DNA from: Podarcis erhardii
Taxonomy: Eukaryota
Length of the DNA stretch: 64,000 nucleotides
Reading direction: 5' to 3' (one strand)
NCBI GenBank assembly: GCA_964252035.1
Contig: OZ176205.1
In this document: positions 37,759 through 50,819 of the stretch, in pieces
Position numbering within the stretch: the first letter of the stretch is position 1
How the letters are laid out: every line of letters begins with the position of its first letter
Program-made: the position numbers and the translations under genes
Notes under the pieces: model-generated
Databases searched by the model: none
Told to the model about the DNA's origin: nothing
Seen by the model: only the letters and a program-made list of their open reading frames with translations

Positions 37759-39725
37759 ATCTTGGCAAATTCCAAAAGCAACAGCTGAATTTCAGGAGGG
37801 TTGGAAGGTAGTAGAATAACCCCAGATCAAGCAAAACAAGGTTCAAAAAGGAGCTGACACTTACCTAGCTAGGGTCCTCTCCAGTGAGATGAGTCGCTCA
37901 AATGGAATACCATATGCCGGAGCCTTTATAAAGTCCGATGGAGCCAGATTGGTGTTTTGGGCCAGCTGACTTGGGATGCAAGCTTTGTGTCAATCTCAGG
38001 GTGGAGGTGGATTGGATGGAAGTGACCCTCTAGCTTGCTCTGCTGGCCTGGGCTCATTGACACAGAGATCCTCATTCCACCTGCCAAGTGTCTGGGCATG
38101 GGGAGTATCCCTAGCAGTAGCTCATTGAAATCCCCAAAATGTGGTGTTCCAAGGGAGCTGGATCCTCACTCTCTTAATAAGCAAGGTTAGAATCAAACTA
38201 CCGTGCCATAGAATAGAATCATGGTTCCTCCCCTCTATCATCTCCAGGCCAGAACTGTGTTGCTAAAAAGCTGTTAACTGTACTTTCTAAAACTGCTCAG
38301 ATAGTTGTATTTCCCCCAGTAAGCATCTCACTAAGATGTGAAATTTTGGTGTACTCAGCATATACTGCTGGGGCCTATATATGTTGCTATGTCAGTGCAG
38401 AAGGAAATGGAGTAGGTCACAGACCTTTAAAAGCAAGTAAATCACAGCGTGAACCCAGCATTCTGAAATGTTTGGCTGTAAAGTACGCTGCTGGTGGCAC
38501 TGGCCATAAAGCATCATATTCTTCGGTCTGACACCCTATGTGAATCACAAACATCTTCATACGGGTTCTTCTGACTTCAGGCTGAAAGGGGAAGGCATTG
38601 TATGCCTGCTAAAGGGGTGGGGAACCAATAGGGACTACGAAATTGCACAGGCATTGGATGGAGGCGATGCAATGCAATGACCTTAAATGAGTGTGGAGAT
38701 TTACTTTTTGCAATGCATTTACAGAGCACCATTATTTTTCTTGAATGCACAAGAATGGTGAGTTTTGTAGTCTTGTTTCTGAAAGGGGGAGGGAACAGCC
38801 CTACCTTTGTTTCCCTGCGGAATGAGATAATGAACGCAGAAAAGATCTTGCTAAGACAGAAGGCCAAGATACTCAATTCTGGCGCCAAATCAATCATGAT
38901 AAAGCCATTGGGAACAGAAATGCCACCTTCTAATTTTAGTTTTTCTTGCAAGAAAGCTTATAACAAGATAAAGAAAATAAGTAATTTTGTTTAGTTTACT
39001 GGCCCATCATATCCTTTAAGACAAGATACCAATGGAGCATAAAGCCTGTTCAAACTGCAGTTTTAAATTCACATTCTGAATAAAAGCAAGATCGAACAGT
39101 TCAGTGTTGCTGAGACTTGGAATTTCACTCACTCACTCACTCATTCATTCATGCATTCAATAACAGAGTTCAAATCTTTGATTTTCACTGTAAATATAGA
39201 ATGGACCAGAAGGGCAAATTCATTTCACCTTCAGTTCTGATCAGATTTCGACCTCTCTGCAACCAAAATTAATAAAAAACACACAAGTAAGGGAGTTGCT
39301 GTTCATAGATCAGTGTTTGGATACCTGAATACTTTTTCAGCAGTTAGTTTATAGTACAGGTCAGCCTTTTGCAATCTTGGGTCCCCAGATGTTGTCGTAC
39401 TACAATTCCCATCATCTCTAGCTAGCAGGACCAGTGGTCAGGAGTGATGGGAGTTGTAGTCCAACATATGGGGACCCAAGGTTGATAAAGGCTGGTATAT
39501 ATTAACATGGAACATATAGCCTCTTGTGAATGGCACGATACCTGGTCTGATCATTGCCCACAATTTGTTAGGCAAGCTTGAGAAAATGTCCAGTTAAAAG
39601 AGTTAACATTAACTATAAAGACTCATGTCTTTGTATCTCTTGGGAATGCTAATGCAAGGTAGAAAGTGGAAAAGGGTCATTTAAATATAAAATGTAATGT
39701 CAGCCTATGAAGCTTTCTAATTTGG

Positions 39726-39874
39726 TTTATTTACATACATTGGAATTGCAAATATTCATGTTAGTAATTGTGAAAATGGAAACTATTTCTTAATGTCTCA
39801 ACAACGGAAAACACTGAAATCAAAGTGGCATGTGTTACAAACAGACAATTTATTAAATCAATTACATCTTTATT
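39726..39874 (-). terminator. Cluster of three minus-strand AATAAA poly(A) signals
   Basis: TTTATT on plus at 39726-39731, 39849-39854 and 39869-39874; U-rich upstream and GU-rich downstream sequence on the minus strand. Confidence 0.5.
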
Positions 39875-41360
39875 TTGCACAATACATCCAGCTTGTGATT
39901 TAGCATGTTGTTGTGCTGCAAGAGTACATTTGTTCACTGGAAGTAGCACAAATGGGCAAACAGGTATGGTTCAACAGGTGAAGCGGTCAAATTATGTGAA
40001 CTGACCCCTGCCTCCCCCCAAAAGATGTCCTTTATTATGTATTAGAACCATTTTGATTTCAAACAGCTAGATATATTTATGTATTTGAACAATTAAAAAA
40101 CAACAACACAAAAAAAATTGTTTAAGCTGAAACAAGGCTGTTTACTATGTTAAAACAATGACTCCTTAACAAAAGTATAAGTACAAAAAGGAACGAACAA
40201 AACCCCTACAAATACCATGAGATTTAAGTTATGAAACCCCACAATATCAGCCTTTACAAACCAACAATACAGACACACTTTTCACATAATCTTAGGACCA
40301 GCCCAAGAGCATTTAAAAAAAGAAAAAGAAAAAAGAAATCAAGTCTTCGGACTTTCATATGCTTCGCTAATAAAGATTATTGTTTTACCAGTTCTGTTTC
40401 AGGCTACATTTCATGCAAAGAAATAACAGGCACAATCCACTGCAATGTCCAATATGTTTGGTGCAAGCCTCACCAAAAGAAAATCTGGAATTCTGCACCC
40501 CAGGATTCCAGCAGCCCCTGTGTGGAGCTCTGTTCATGTTCATGTTCAGGCTCATCTTTGCATGCATTTACTTCTAGACGAGGGTGCCTTAACACCCTTG
40601 AATTAGGTTTATATTAATCCAAGTGGGGTTTACGCAGGAGACGAACCCAGTGACTTATAACCCTTCCAAAGTTTAGGAGTGCTAGGAATGATGTCTGCAA
40701 CTGAAAGGATGTTGCTGTTTTTAAAGAGTAAAGTAAGAACATTACAATCTGATTAATTTGTGCTTACCCAAAAGCAAAAGGTAAACTTAAAATAGGAGTT
40801 GGAGGGTGACTATGCTGCAAGGCTATTTCAGGGATCGCAAAGCTCAGCCTTGCTTTGCTCTCTCTTTGAGTGTCTCTACCAGGATGGAATGTGTCTTTCA
40901 ATGCGTTTATATACAATTTGCTTGTCTGGATGGAGCATAGAGGGTAGTGTGTGTCTGTAGAAATTTGTCTATTGTACTAAGGTAGAACTTACATCCGCTG
41001 CTCTGTCCACTTTTGCCTCTGGCCCTGCTGACCACTAGCATGTGGTCCTCAGAACTGGCATGTGATCCTCAAAAGGTTTGCCCTCCCTTGCTGAACCTGA
41101 CAATACATGCAGTGTTCTTCTTAGGGACACTTTTAACAGTTCGCCCCGCAATCAATTCACTTGCTCCACTGATCTTATGGTCCAGCTCACAGAGTCTTTG
41201 GATCTAGCTCCTAACTATGCACTGCCATTGCCAACAGACACCCACCACAACCAGACACCACATTAGACATGGGGGGGAGAGAGGTTTCACTTGCCAAATC
41301 TTGGGAGGCTAGCTGGTTTACAGACGAGAAGAGCCTGAAGGCTACGGTCCTGAGAGATCA

Positions 41361-41770
41361 GCATTGGCTCCCAGTACGTTTCCGAGCACAATTCAAAGTG
41401 TTGGTGCTGACCTTTAAAGCCCTAAATGGCCTCAGTCCTGTATACCTGAAGGAGCGTCTCCATCCCCATCGTTCAGCCTGGACACTGCGGTCCAGCGCCG
41501 AGGGCCTTCTGGCGGTTCCCTCATTGTGAGAAGTGAGGTTACAGGGAACCAGACAGAGGGCCTTCTCGGTAGTGGCGCCTGCCCTGTGGAACGCCCTCCC
41601 ATCAGATGTCAAGGAAATAAGCAGCTATCCTATTTTTTAAAGACATCTGAAGGCAGCCCTGTTTAGGGAAGTTTTTAATATTTAATGCTGTATTGTTTGG
41701 GAGCTACCCAGAGTGGCTCGGGAAACTCAGTCAGATGGGCAGGGTATAAATAATAAATTATTATTATTAT
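41361..41770 (+). mobile_element. L2-clade LINE 3' end
   Basis: HWLPVRFRAQFKVLVLTFKALNGLSPVYLKERL is a typical L2 ORF2 C-terminus; ends in GGGTATAAATAATAAA(TTA)n. Confidence 0.85.
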
Positions 41771-43078
41771 AAATTACTATGGCGCACTCCTGCCTGCTTC
41801 TCCTGCTCTGTCCTGCTACCAGCTCCCCAGCTGAGCAAACGTGAAGCAAAAGTCACCCCCAAGACATAAGGGATGTATGTATCATGCGCTGCAGTACATA
41901 TTAGGACGGCACTGTCTCATACTTGGCATTTCAATGACGTTCAGACACAATTGCTCCTTTCTCTACCCTCTACGGACTGATCAACAACTGCTTCTCTTCT
42001 TCCTGGTGTCTTTTCAGTTCTGAGAATTCTCACATATCCCCTTAACCCACTTCCTTAAATGTCTCTTCTCCAAATATACCCAGTTCCCTTCGCCTGTTTT
42101 ATCTTCTAGAAGAAGCTCATAGCTCTTCTCCGAATTCCTTTCCAGCTGCACAACTTTCTTCCTGATCTACAATAGCCAGAACTGAGCATCAAGGTTTCAG
42201 GTGAGATTAGAGGCCACACCAAGTTGAATGATACTTCCTGATTATTTCAGCCACGCATTAAGACAACCCAAAATGCCATTGTGCCTTCATATTACAGCAC
42301 CACACTGGACACAACTGATGTTTTGTTTGATTCTTTCTGCAAGCCTGAGAGATCACTGATGTGTTGCTGCCTCCAGATTTGTCCCTCATTTTATACACTG
42401 CCCCCCCACTACATAGTTTTTCCTGAAGGTAAGTCAGTCAAAATAAAGCAGGGGTTTTTTTGTATCAGTATATCACCAACTATGCTTTCCTAGCAACTGC
42501 CTCCCCAAATGTTGGATAAATATAATCTCAGGTTTAATGGTCTAAAAAAGAATATCCTCCACCTTGGACCCCCAGATGTGCTTGAACTACAACTCCCATC
42601 ATCCCTGACTACTGGCTAGGAATGATGGGAGTTGTAGTCAAGCAACATTTAGGGACCTAAGGTTGATAAAGGCTGGTTTAAAGCATCAAACGTCACTGGA
42701 ATTTAAATACATATTTGCTTTTAATAGTCAAGTTTTTTAAAAATGCAAATAGCATTGGGGTAGGGTAGAATCCTCTATTGGAACAAATAGAGGGGATTTA
42801 TTCCAAATGCAAATATTAATTTCAGAGCAGAGATTTTCTTCAGGACCTCAACAGGGGAGGAAAGGGTAAAATTCCCCTTCCATACCTGCTACATTCCTTA
42901 TAATTACCAGCCCTCAGCTGGTGCCATTTGCATTTTAAGAAACTGCACATTAGCTGCAAAAATGCATTTACATCCATGCCTAGTTTGGTCCTAAGGCATG
43001 CAAGTTTATTCAAAGTGGAAATGTATTTTATAGAAAGGCACGGTTTTGAGTGCAGCTGCTCCTGTTAAACATTAAACA

Positions 43079-43222
43079 ATAGAATCATAGAATTCTAGAG
43101 TTGGAAGTGACCCTGAGGATCACCCCTGCAATGCAAGAATCTCAGTTAAAATCTGCTTAGAAACCTCCAATGAAGGAGTCCACAACCTCCCGAGTCCGTT
43201 CCACTGTGAACAGCTCTTACCT
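43079..43222 (-). mobile_element. CR1 LINE 3' fragment (internally deleted)
   Basis: Reverse complement of the CR1 tail (ATAGAATCATAGAATT...GAGTTGGAAG). Confidence 0.75.
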
Positions 43223-43906
43223 ACATGATTACATTATTTTTTAAAAAGAGAGAGATGTCCTCCTCCCTACTTCCATTAACAAGGCAGAAGGTCAAATTTC
43301 TAAGGCTGTGCCCAGACAGCAGCTTCATGTGTTGATTATTGAGCAATAGGGTGCTGAACCAGAACAGCAAGAACAGTACCAGAAAAGTGATACTAACTAT
43401 TGGACAAACCTCCCCTACAGTCCAACAACCTATTTGTATAGTGCTAATCATATGAAATCTTACCAAACCCCTCTGAACTGCCACCAGCGTTCCTGACACT
43501 TGCAAACCTTTCCATTTCGAAGCACCCTTTATTAATGAAGTTGTGTTGGAACACATGTAACAATGTATTAAGACCCTTTTAGTCCTGTCCCTTACTATAA
43601 CAACAACAAAAAAGTGAGCCAATTTATTCTACAGTACCTTAAAATGTTATACCTGCTACAGCCAGTTTTCATCCGAATTTGAAACAGTAAAGTTTGTCCT
43701 GGGAGACCCACGGAACCTCCAAGACGACAGAAAATATGGTGGTTATAGCATATTGCCTTCTCAAAGCTGAGAAAAGCATTGCATGTCAGGTCCAAACTTA
43801 CATGTGGGCTTTTGCAGCTGTGTGCATATCTTGGGCAACTACAACCAACCATGGCTTCCTAGCATGTGGTCATTAAGCGAACTAAGGAAGTTCCATAGCT
43901 CATTGA

Positions 43907-44042
43907 TGCTGGTTAGCTCAGTTGGTTAGAGTGTGGTGCTAATAAGGCCAAGGCCACAGGTTTGATTCCTGCATGGTGCATATTCCTGCTTTGAAGGGTG
44001 TTGGACCAGATGAGCCAACTCTAGGATTCTACCATTCTATCA
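43907..44042 (+). mobile_element. SINE-like retroposon: tRNA-Ile(AAT)-like head + CR1-type tail
   Basis: GGTTAGCTCAGTTGGTTAGAGTGTGGTGCTAATAAGGCCAAGGCCACAGGTTTGATTCC resembles tRNA-Ile-AAT; followed by a degenerate ATTCCTGC..GTTGGACCAGATG..ATTCTAT tail. Confidence 0.75.
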
Positions 44043-45902
44043 TACAGCACATGAATACTTTGAGACCCTGGAACTTCTAGCTAAAGGATCTTTGGAAATA
44101 TCTCAGGCCTTGGGAAGGACCTCTGCCAGAGATTTTGGAGAGCTGCCATCACAGTAAGTAACAATCGGCAAGATTAGGGATGTGGCCCTACAGATGATTT
44201 GGGATTGCAACTACCAGTATGGCCATTAGTTCCTCATTTCTGGGCTAGATGGAGAAATAGTCCAGCAGAATAGCAGGAACATAAGATGCTGCTTTTTACC
44301 AGCTGACTATTTGTCCATCTACCTCAGTAAAAAAGGCATCACCTCCTTCTTACCTGATCACTTTGTTATCTGGAGCCTTTTGCGTGCATACATGGCTAGT
44401 ATGTTTTGCAATCTTTGTGCAGGCTTCAAATCCTGTACAACAAACTAGAGCAGATTTTGTTTTCCTCATCGCCCCAGCTACATTTCTATAGGCAACAGTG
44501 CTTTTGCTATGCAGTCAGAAAACACGCAGGTGGGAATGAGATGTGAATATCAATATCATTATGTTATCTTCAGGGTATTTTATGCCAAGCTTTTAAATAG
44601 CTTGGTTCCGGATGCATGGTTCTATAGCATGAAAAATTGAATATAGTTATATATGGATCCAGGAAGAAGAGAATGAGAATGCCCTATTGGTGATTTCAGA
44701 TGAGAAAAATCAATTGCAGGCATTTATTTAGTGCTCTGTTCTTGCTACTCCCAAGCAAGAAAATGAATTATGATCAAATTTTGGAAGTTTCTAAGCACAA
44801 GCAAGGAGAGCTTGACATTACACAATAACATCAATACAAGGGAGATTTTTTTTTTAAGTGACCGCACAAAAGCCAGCCAGTCGACATTATTTGCTGGGAT
44901 ATTTCCTAAATTTTGTTTAGCCTGGCTTGCTGCTATTTATAAAGTGAAACTACAGACAAGGGAGTGGCAGGTTGTGCAGTTCAAATGGCAGCATGCCTGC
45001 TGTAAATCAGCAATTCCCCCCAAGTTCATCTAGAGGAAGACTTGCTGATCTAAGATGCTAAAAATAAGACACCTCTCCTTAATACACAGGAGGAACACCA
45101 TCCAAAAAACCCCCTTACCTATTGACAATGCCAGTTTTCACCATTGCAATATCTATGAAGCTCTATTCCAAGCTGTGGTAGGGCATGTTTGCACTGGCCC
45201 TTAAAGCCCATCCGTGCCTTGAGGATGGGTAATGAACAAGCTCCCCTCCTCTGCCTTTGGACCTGGTCAATATCACATTTAACATAATAAAATGAATCAT
45301 CATCATGAAAAGCCTTTGGAAGACAGCTTCCAAAGCATCTGAGACATGCACTTTTCAAACATCATAATATTAAAGAGGTCAAGAAGCCTGATGGGAACTG
45401 GCTTTTGAATGCAAAACATTTGGTCTCTCTACCTATATAAAGGAATTAAGCTTCTACTGGGAATTAAAGAAATGACATAGCAGCCGTGTTAGGCAATGAC
45501 ATATTCTTATTTTATACTTACACCTTGTTCTTTGACGGTGGCTTACATCTAGTAGTTGCGCTTGGTTTGTGTTTACAGGTTCAAACCTTATGCTCTCCCT
45601 GGGACCAGCTGGGGCCAACATTTTATAGGAAAAAAGACCATACATTAATAGTGGAGTACTTCAGAAAGCCTCAGGTTTAACCCCTGACTCATGGGCTAAG
45701 AAAGAGTTGTACTCAAGGCTTTGAGCATTAGAATAGCTAACACTGGACTAAGATAGGCTAAAAGTTTGACTCAGTCTAAGGCAGCTCTTTATGTATCTTG
45801 TGTTGCCACTACAGCTGCAAGGGAGAAAATGGTATCTTTAAGTACATAGCTTTGGATTTGTCAAAGGACTAATAGAATAGCTCCTTGATCATGCGTGTGG
45901 CT

Positions 45903-46243
45903 GGTAAAGGTCCAATTGCGGACGACTCTGGGGTTGTGGAGCTCATCTCGCTCTATAGGTCCAGGGAGCCGGCGTTTGACCGCAGACAGCTTCCGGGTCA
46001 TGCGGCCAGCATGACTAAGCTGCTTCTGGTGAACCAGAGCAGTGCACGGAAACGCCGTTTACCTTCCCGCTGGAGTGGTACCTATTTATCTACTTGCACT
46101 TTGACGTGCTTTCAAACTGCTAGATGGGCAGGAGCTGGGACCGAGCAATGGGAGCTCACCCCGTCGCAGGGATTCAAACCGCCGACCTTCTGATTGGCAA
46201 GCCCTAGGCTCTGTGGTTTAGACCACAGTGCCACCCGCGTCCC
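45903..46243 (-). mobile_element. Sauria SINE
   Basis: Near full length; TSD degenerate. Confidence 0.88.
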
Positions 46244-49200
46244 TTATATGGCAGTTAGCTCTGCACAAAGTTGGATCAACCCTGCGGATAAGGATTAAAA
46301 ACAACAACAGCAAAACAAGAATCTATGTGGGTGTGTTTTTTTAAAAAATCGAATTAACCCAGCAGTTGGGACGGAATGCATAAACACCTTAAAGACCAAT
46401 CAGTAATGTGAATCACAACAGACAGATGACTCACATGACTTAAGAGGCATCCTTCCATAAGTCCCCGGGGTTGTGCTTAAAAACTCCCCCACCAAACAAA
46501 CAAAAAATTCCATCAAAATAATGATGATATTAGCATTTGGACTATAATTTGCAACAAAAGCTCAGTATTTCCCTTCTCCCCTCCGTTCTCGTTTTTCAAC
46601 CCATGTTAGGCAACATAGCTTTTTCAAGTACAGTGCCTGGAATGTTTTAGATATTCTATTAAGCAATAAGCTCCCAAGATGCATTTACAAGTTCCACTTT
46701 TGCTGCAATTTCTAATCTAAAGGGTCATTTTGCACGAAGGTGGAAATATTCTGCCTACTGTTAGGGACCATTACTCTGTTCAGTTGCAGAAACCTCAGAG
46801 GCTTTGCATGCACTTAAGGCTGCAGTTCTGCAACACTTATATAAGTCCAATTGAACTCAATGGGGCTTGCTCTTGAGAAGGCATACATACATAGGATTGC
46901 TCTGTTAAAATGGTCTTCACTCTGTAGGAGTATTTTTGAAGCTCACCACATTAGTCTTGGACAGAACCCAAATTCCTGACCTCTTTCCAAATAGTTGTCT
47001 TCAGCTCGGTGTTTAGTAGAATAAAACCAGCTGTGTAACTTTTGGTTTCACATTGATCTGCATGCCCTCATTCCCAATGTCCCACATCTAATTTACATCT
47101 TATTTTTCACTTTGGCCAGGTGTCAAATCCTGCTGGGGTAATGGATTGTCCTGTGGGATGGGTGTTAAGTCCAAGAATGTCACCCTTCCAGTACCAGATG
47201 CCTTTTTTGTTTAAGCTCTTGCAAGTTCTTTCACAATACAGGTATGCTGTGGCATGCAATGAATGAGAGACCATAAGGCACGCAAGGACAACACAAAGAT
47301 AACCCACACATCCCGCAGAGGGTAACTACTATGACACAGAATTAATGCAAGATTTTTGTTGCCACATATTTCATTCCAACAGCTAAATGAAGTGGTATAA
47401 TTTGAACTGTTTTAAACCAGAGACAGATTTAAGCACAATAGCTGAGAGGCTAAAAAGACCCCCAGATGTTTACGGAGCAGACGCTGAAGCTCAAATATCT
47501 ATCAATTTGCACAATTTGAGATAAGAAGACAGCAGTGATGCATTGCAGACAAGCCCTTTTGCTCGGAAATCTATTAGGATTAATATTTAAATGATTTTAA
47601 TGCAAATATTTGATTAAACAAGTCCAGTGAACTCTAAGGCAGGTTAACACACTGGCAACGTACCTGATAACTTGGATAGGGAGATGCTTTGAAACACTGC
47701 CAAGACCAACAGCTTGTGAGTTGAAGTGTCACATTGCATAACCATGTGGTAACAGAAGACAAGGATATAGTAACAACTTTAAAAAGATGCTACTGGATGT
47801 ATGTAAAGATATTCTTCTTTGCACAGTAGGTGAAACAAAAAAACTAGTTATGCATAATTGAAAGAAGGGAGCTATTTGGCATCACAATGACACCAGTGAA
47901 CTGTGAAAGCCACACTGGAGGACAGTGACAAGATGTTATCACTGTGCAGAGATAAATTAGGCTGCTATGACTGTAATATGGGGGGGGGGGGGAACAGCCT
48001 ACTGCTTTTCTTTCTTTGCACAAAACTTACTTTGACTAAGCAGTCAAGCACAGAAAAGTACTTTAGCACAGCAAAGGAACCCCCCTCCAATTGGAAAAAG
48101 GCCATATGAACAAAAATATAAAGCTTTAACAGCCACCAGTTTAGACCAGCATTTTTACAACTCGGCACTGGCACACCTATCCTAGATTTATGCGCTACCA
48201 CGCTGGGATGGAATGGTTTGTCCTAAAGTATCTACGGAGGCAACCTGCTAATGAACTGTAATTTCATAACCTGTTATAAAAAAAATTAAGCACACTAACT
48301 GGGGACTATTAAGTACTAACAAGGACCTGCATGCCTGTACCAGAGATTCTCATTCTCCCCTTCCCAACAAAAGCTCATTGCACTGTACTGAATGAGGTAT
48401 CAGAATTTCAAGGGTAGTTTCTAATGAATGCACTGTAAGATGCTATCAGAAGAGGGAACTCTGAAGCCCCTGCTGAAGTCCAATACAGCTCTTTGAAATG
48501 GAGCCATAAGGTTCTCACTTCACTGGACTATACTAGCTAAGCTGCCTTGAAAATGCTATGTAGAAAAGTTACCATTACATCCTTGACACACTTCCATTCA
48601 GTATAGTTTGTGCTACTGAATTGGCTGGCAGCATTACCTTTGCCAGAACCTTGAATAATCAAGGGTACAGTGCCAGTAAGGCACCCTGAATCAACTTGTG
48701 ATATCAATCTGCTCCAAGCTATATTTGACTAACCCTAGATGCCTTCTGCCAGCTCAGAACTCTTCACACCAGATTACAAAGCAGAGTCAGCTGATTCTTG
48801 AAATTAAAACAAAGAGAAGACAGGCGCTGCCAAGCTAGTTGAGGTATGGAGCGTGCTGCAAGTTTCAGTGTTAACATATATGCACATTTCATTTGGAATA
48901 AATGCCATGCTTCAAGCTGGATTTGTTGCAAACAAGACCTTTAACATGCAAATTAGTACTTGCTAGCACTGTGCAGTGATGTTTGCACAATGCAATATAA
49001 CCTTAGAACTTTGAACGCTAGAGAGAAGTTTCACTTACACTCTAAACCTTAAAGTTAGCTTGCTTATTCGGACAGAATAATTCCACTCACAGAAGTTAAC
49101 TATAGTAGTTCAGTTGTGTTAAGAATTGGTCTGAATAATATGGTCTAGTATTTTGAAGTGCAAGCTGTTTCATTTCCTATGTATCCTTTGAAATTTCCTT

Positions 49201-49432
49201 CTCAGCTGAAAACACTTAAGATGGTAAAATGCCAAGCTTGAGTTTGGGAACAAGCCACCATAGATGCCTCTAGGAGCATCAAAAATCAAAGCCTTATGGC
49301 TTATTTTACACATCGTGAGTTTATTAAAGTGGTTATATTCTCAAGGGGGAGAACACACACACCTTTGCACTGGCAGGCTGCAACAAAAATAAATAATAAG
49401 AAATAGTATAATAGGGCAAGATTAATTTATAG

Positions 49433-49438
49433 TTTAAT
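49433..49438 (-). terminator. Candidate proximal poly(A) signal of RAB22A (ATTAAA)
   Basis: ATTAAA on the minus strand ~1.3 kb after the stop, followed by a U-rich tract (TTTCTTATTATTTATATTTTTGTT). Confidence 0.4.
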
Positions 49439-50721
49439 ATAAAATGGAAACACAATACAAAGCCAAAAGATAATCTGCTTAAAAACAAGATTTAAAAAGA
49501 GTTAAATCTTCAGGATAGGCCCAAGAGCAAGGAGGCAACGATCTACACTGCCCTACACAACTTGGCTTTGGATCCCTGTTTCTGTTTTTATCATGTAGAA
49601 GTGATTTGTTCTGTAAGCAAACCTCAAACTATACGCACAGCAACCTCTACTGGACAGAGAGAAGAGTGTTTTCCAGTACCGTACTAGTAACACGAGGATG
49701 CCTGATAAGGCAAGGCCATCTGTGTACAGGCTGGAGTCCACAGCAATTCTGATCTGTAGACTGTCCCCCCCCCCACACACACCGCAGGTGAGGGACTGAA
49801 AAGAAAAGAGGTCATCCATGGCACTAACATAATTTATAATACTTTAGGCATTGGTCTCATAAATAAGAGAGTATAAAAACTTGCTCATGCTAAGCAATTG
49901 GGAGTGCCCCCTATTCAACATGCTTGTTCTAAAACGACTGACAGCAACTGATGCCTGCCAGTTGTACTCAAGTTCATTTTGGTCAATTTCATCTAGGGTT
50001 TTTAATGAGAAGCCTACTAAAAAAAGGTTTCTATCTATTTTCTTCTATAGCAATTAAGCATAAAATGGCAAGATTGTCTAAGCTCTCCCCGCCCCTCCCC
50101 TTTCTGAACACATCTTCAATATCATCAGTAAATAATAAAAGTGCAATTAAGGTTGGTGACTGGATGGGTTGATTTGGTCTTTTTATCAGCTTCATGATTT
50201 TTGCAGCTGTCTATTAAATCAGCTGCTCATTCTGTACTTTGGAGAAGCAACCATGAAAACAGTAAGGCTTATTATAGCAACAATGACGAGGAGTGTAGAA
50301 CTGCATTAAGTTCAGAGCTAACATTTCTATCCACAGGGCTTGCCCACTCCCACAAAGTGCTAGTGTCCCTTCCCTCCCTCATGAAAAAACATAGCAAAGT
50401 TTTGTTTATAAAAACTATGAAATATTAAGTCTTACAATCTGTATTTTGGAGTTCCTTTCTCATGAGGCTAAAGAAGAAAGTGAAGATGAATTCCCTTTGA
50501 GTACAAGAGATAATCCAGACGTTGTATGCAAGGAAGCTGTCCAACAGCAGGATGACTGCGGTCTCCTCAGTCCGTAAAAGCACGCCAGAACTGGCCCATT
50601 TCAGGGTCTATGAACACCAGGCAGATAGGAATCCAATACGAGTACGATATACCCAAAATAAACCCAGAACTTCCAAGGCCAAATACTTTATAAAAGCTAG
50701 TCTGGTATATGATCATATCAG

Positions 50722-50819
50722 TCAACAACAGCTGCGTTTTGTCACTGAAGGCTGTCTTCTAAGTTTGAAGCCCTTACCGCTAGATGGGGGGTTGGTATCT
50801 GTTGATGGAATTCTACGAC
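50722..50819 (-). CDS. RAB22A: RAB22A coding exon 7 (SRRIPSTDTNPPSSGKGFKLRRQPSVTKRSCC*)
   Basis: TAG acceptor; 98 nt to the TGA stop; C-terminal CC prenylation motif. Exons sum to 36+80+82+72+107+110+98 = 585 nt = 194 codons plus stop. Confidence 0.96.

Noticed and set aside
37858-37990. Strong minus-strand donor AG|GTAAGTG preceded by an open frame (QLAQNTNLAPSDFIKAPAYGIPFERLISLERTLA)
   Set aside because: In-frame TGA shortly upstream, no ATG or convincing acceptor, no recognised homology; a noncoding or cryptic exon cannot be excluded without RNA-seq.
38577-38994. Antiparallel 124-aa and 105-aa ORFs in unique sequence
   Set aside because: No recognisable domain or splice context; lengths within chance expectation.
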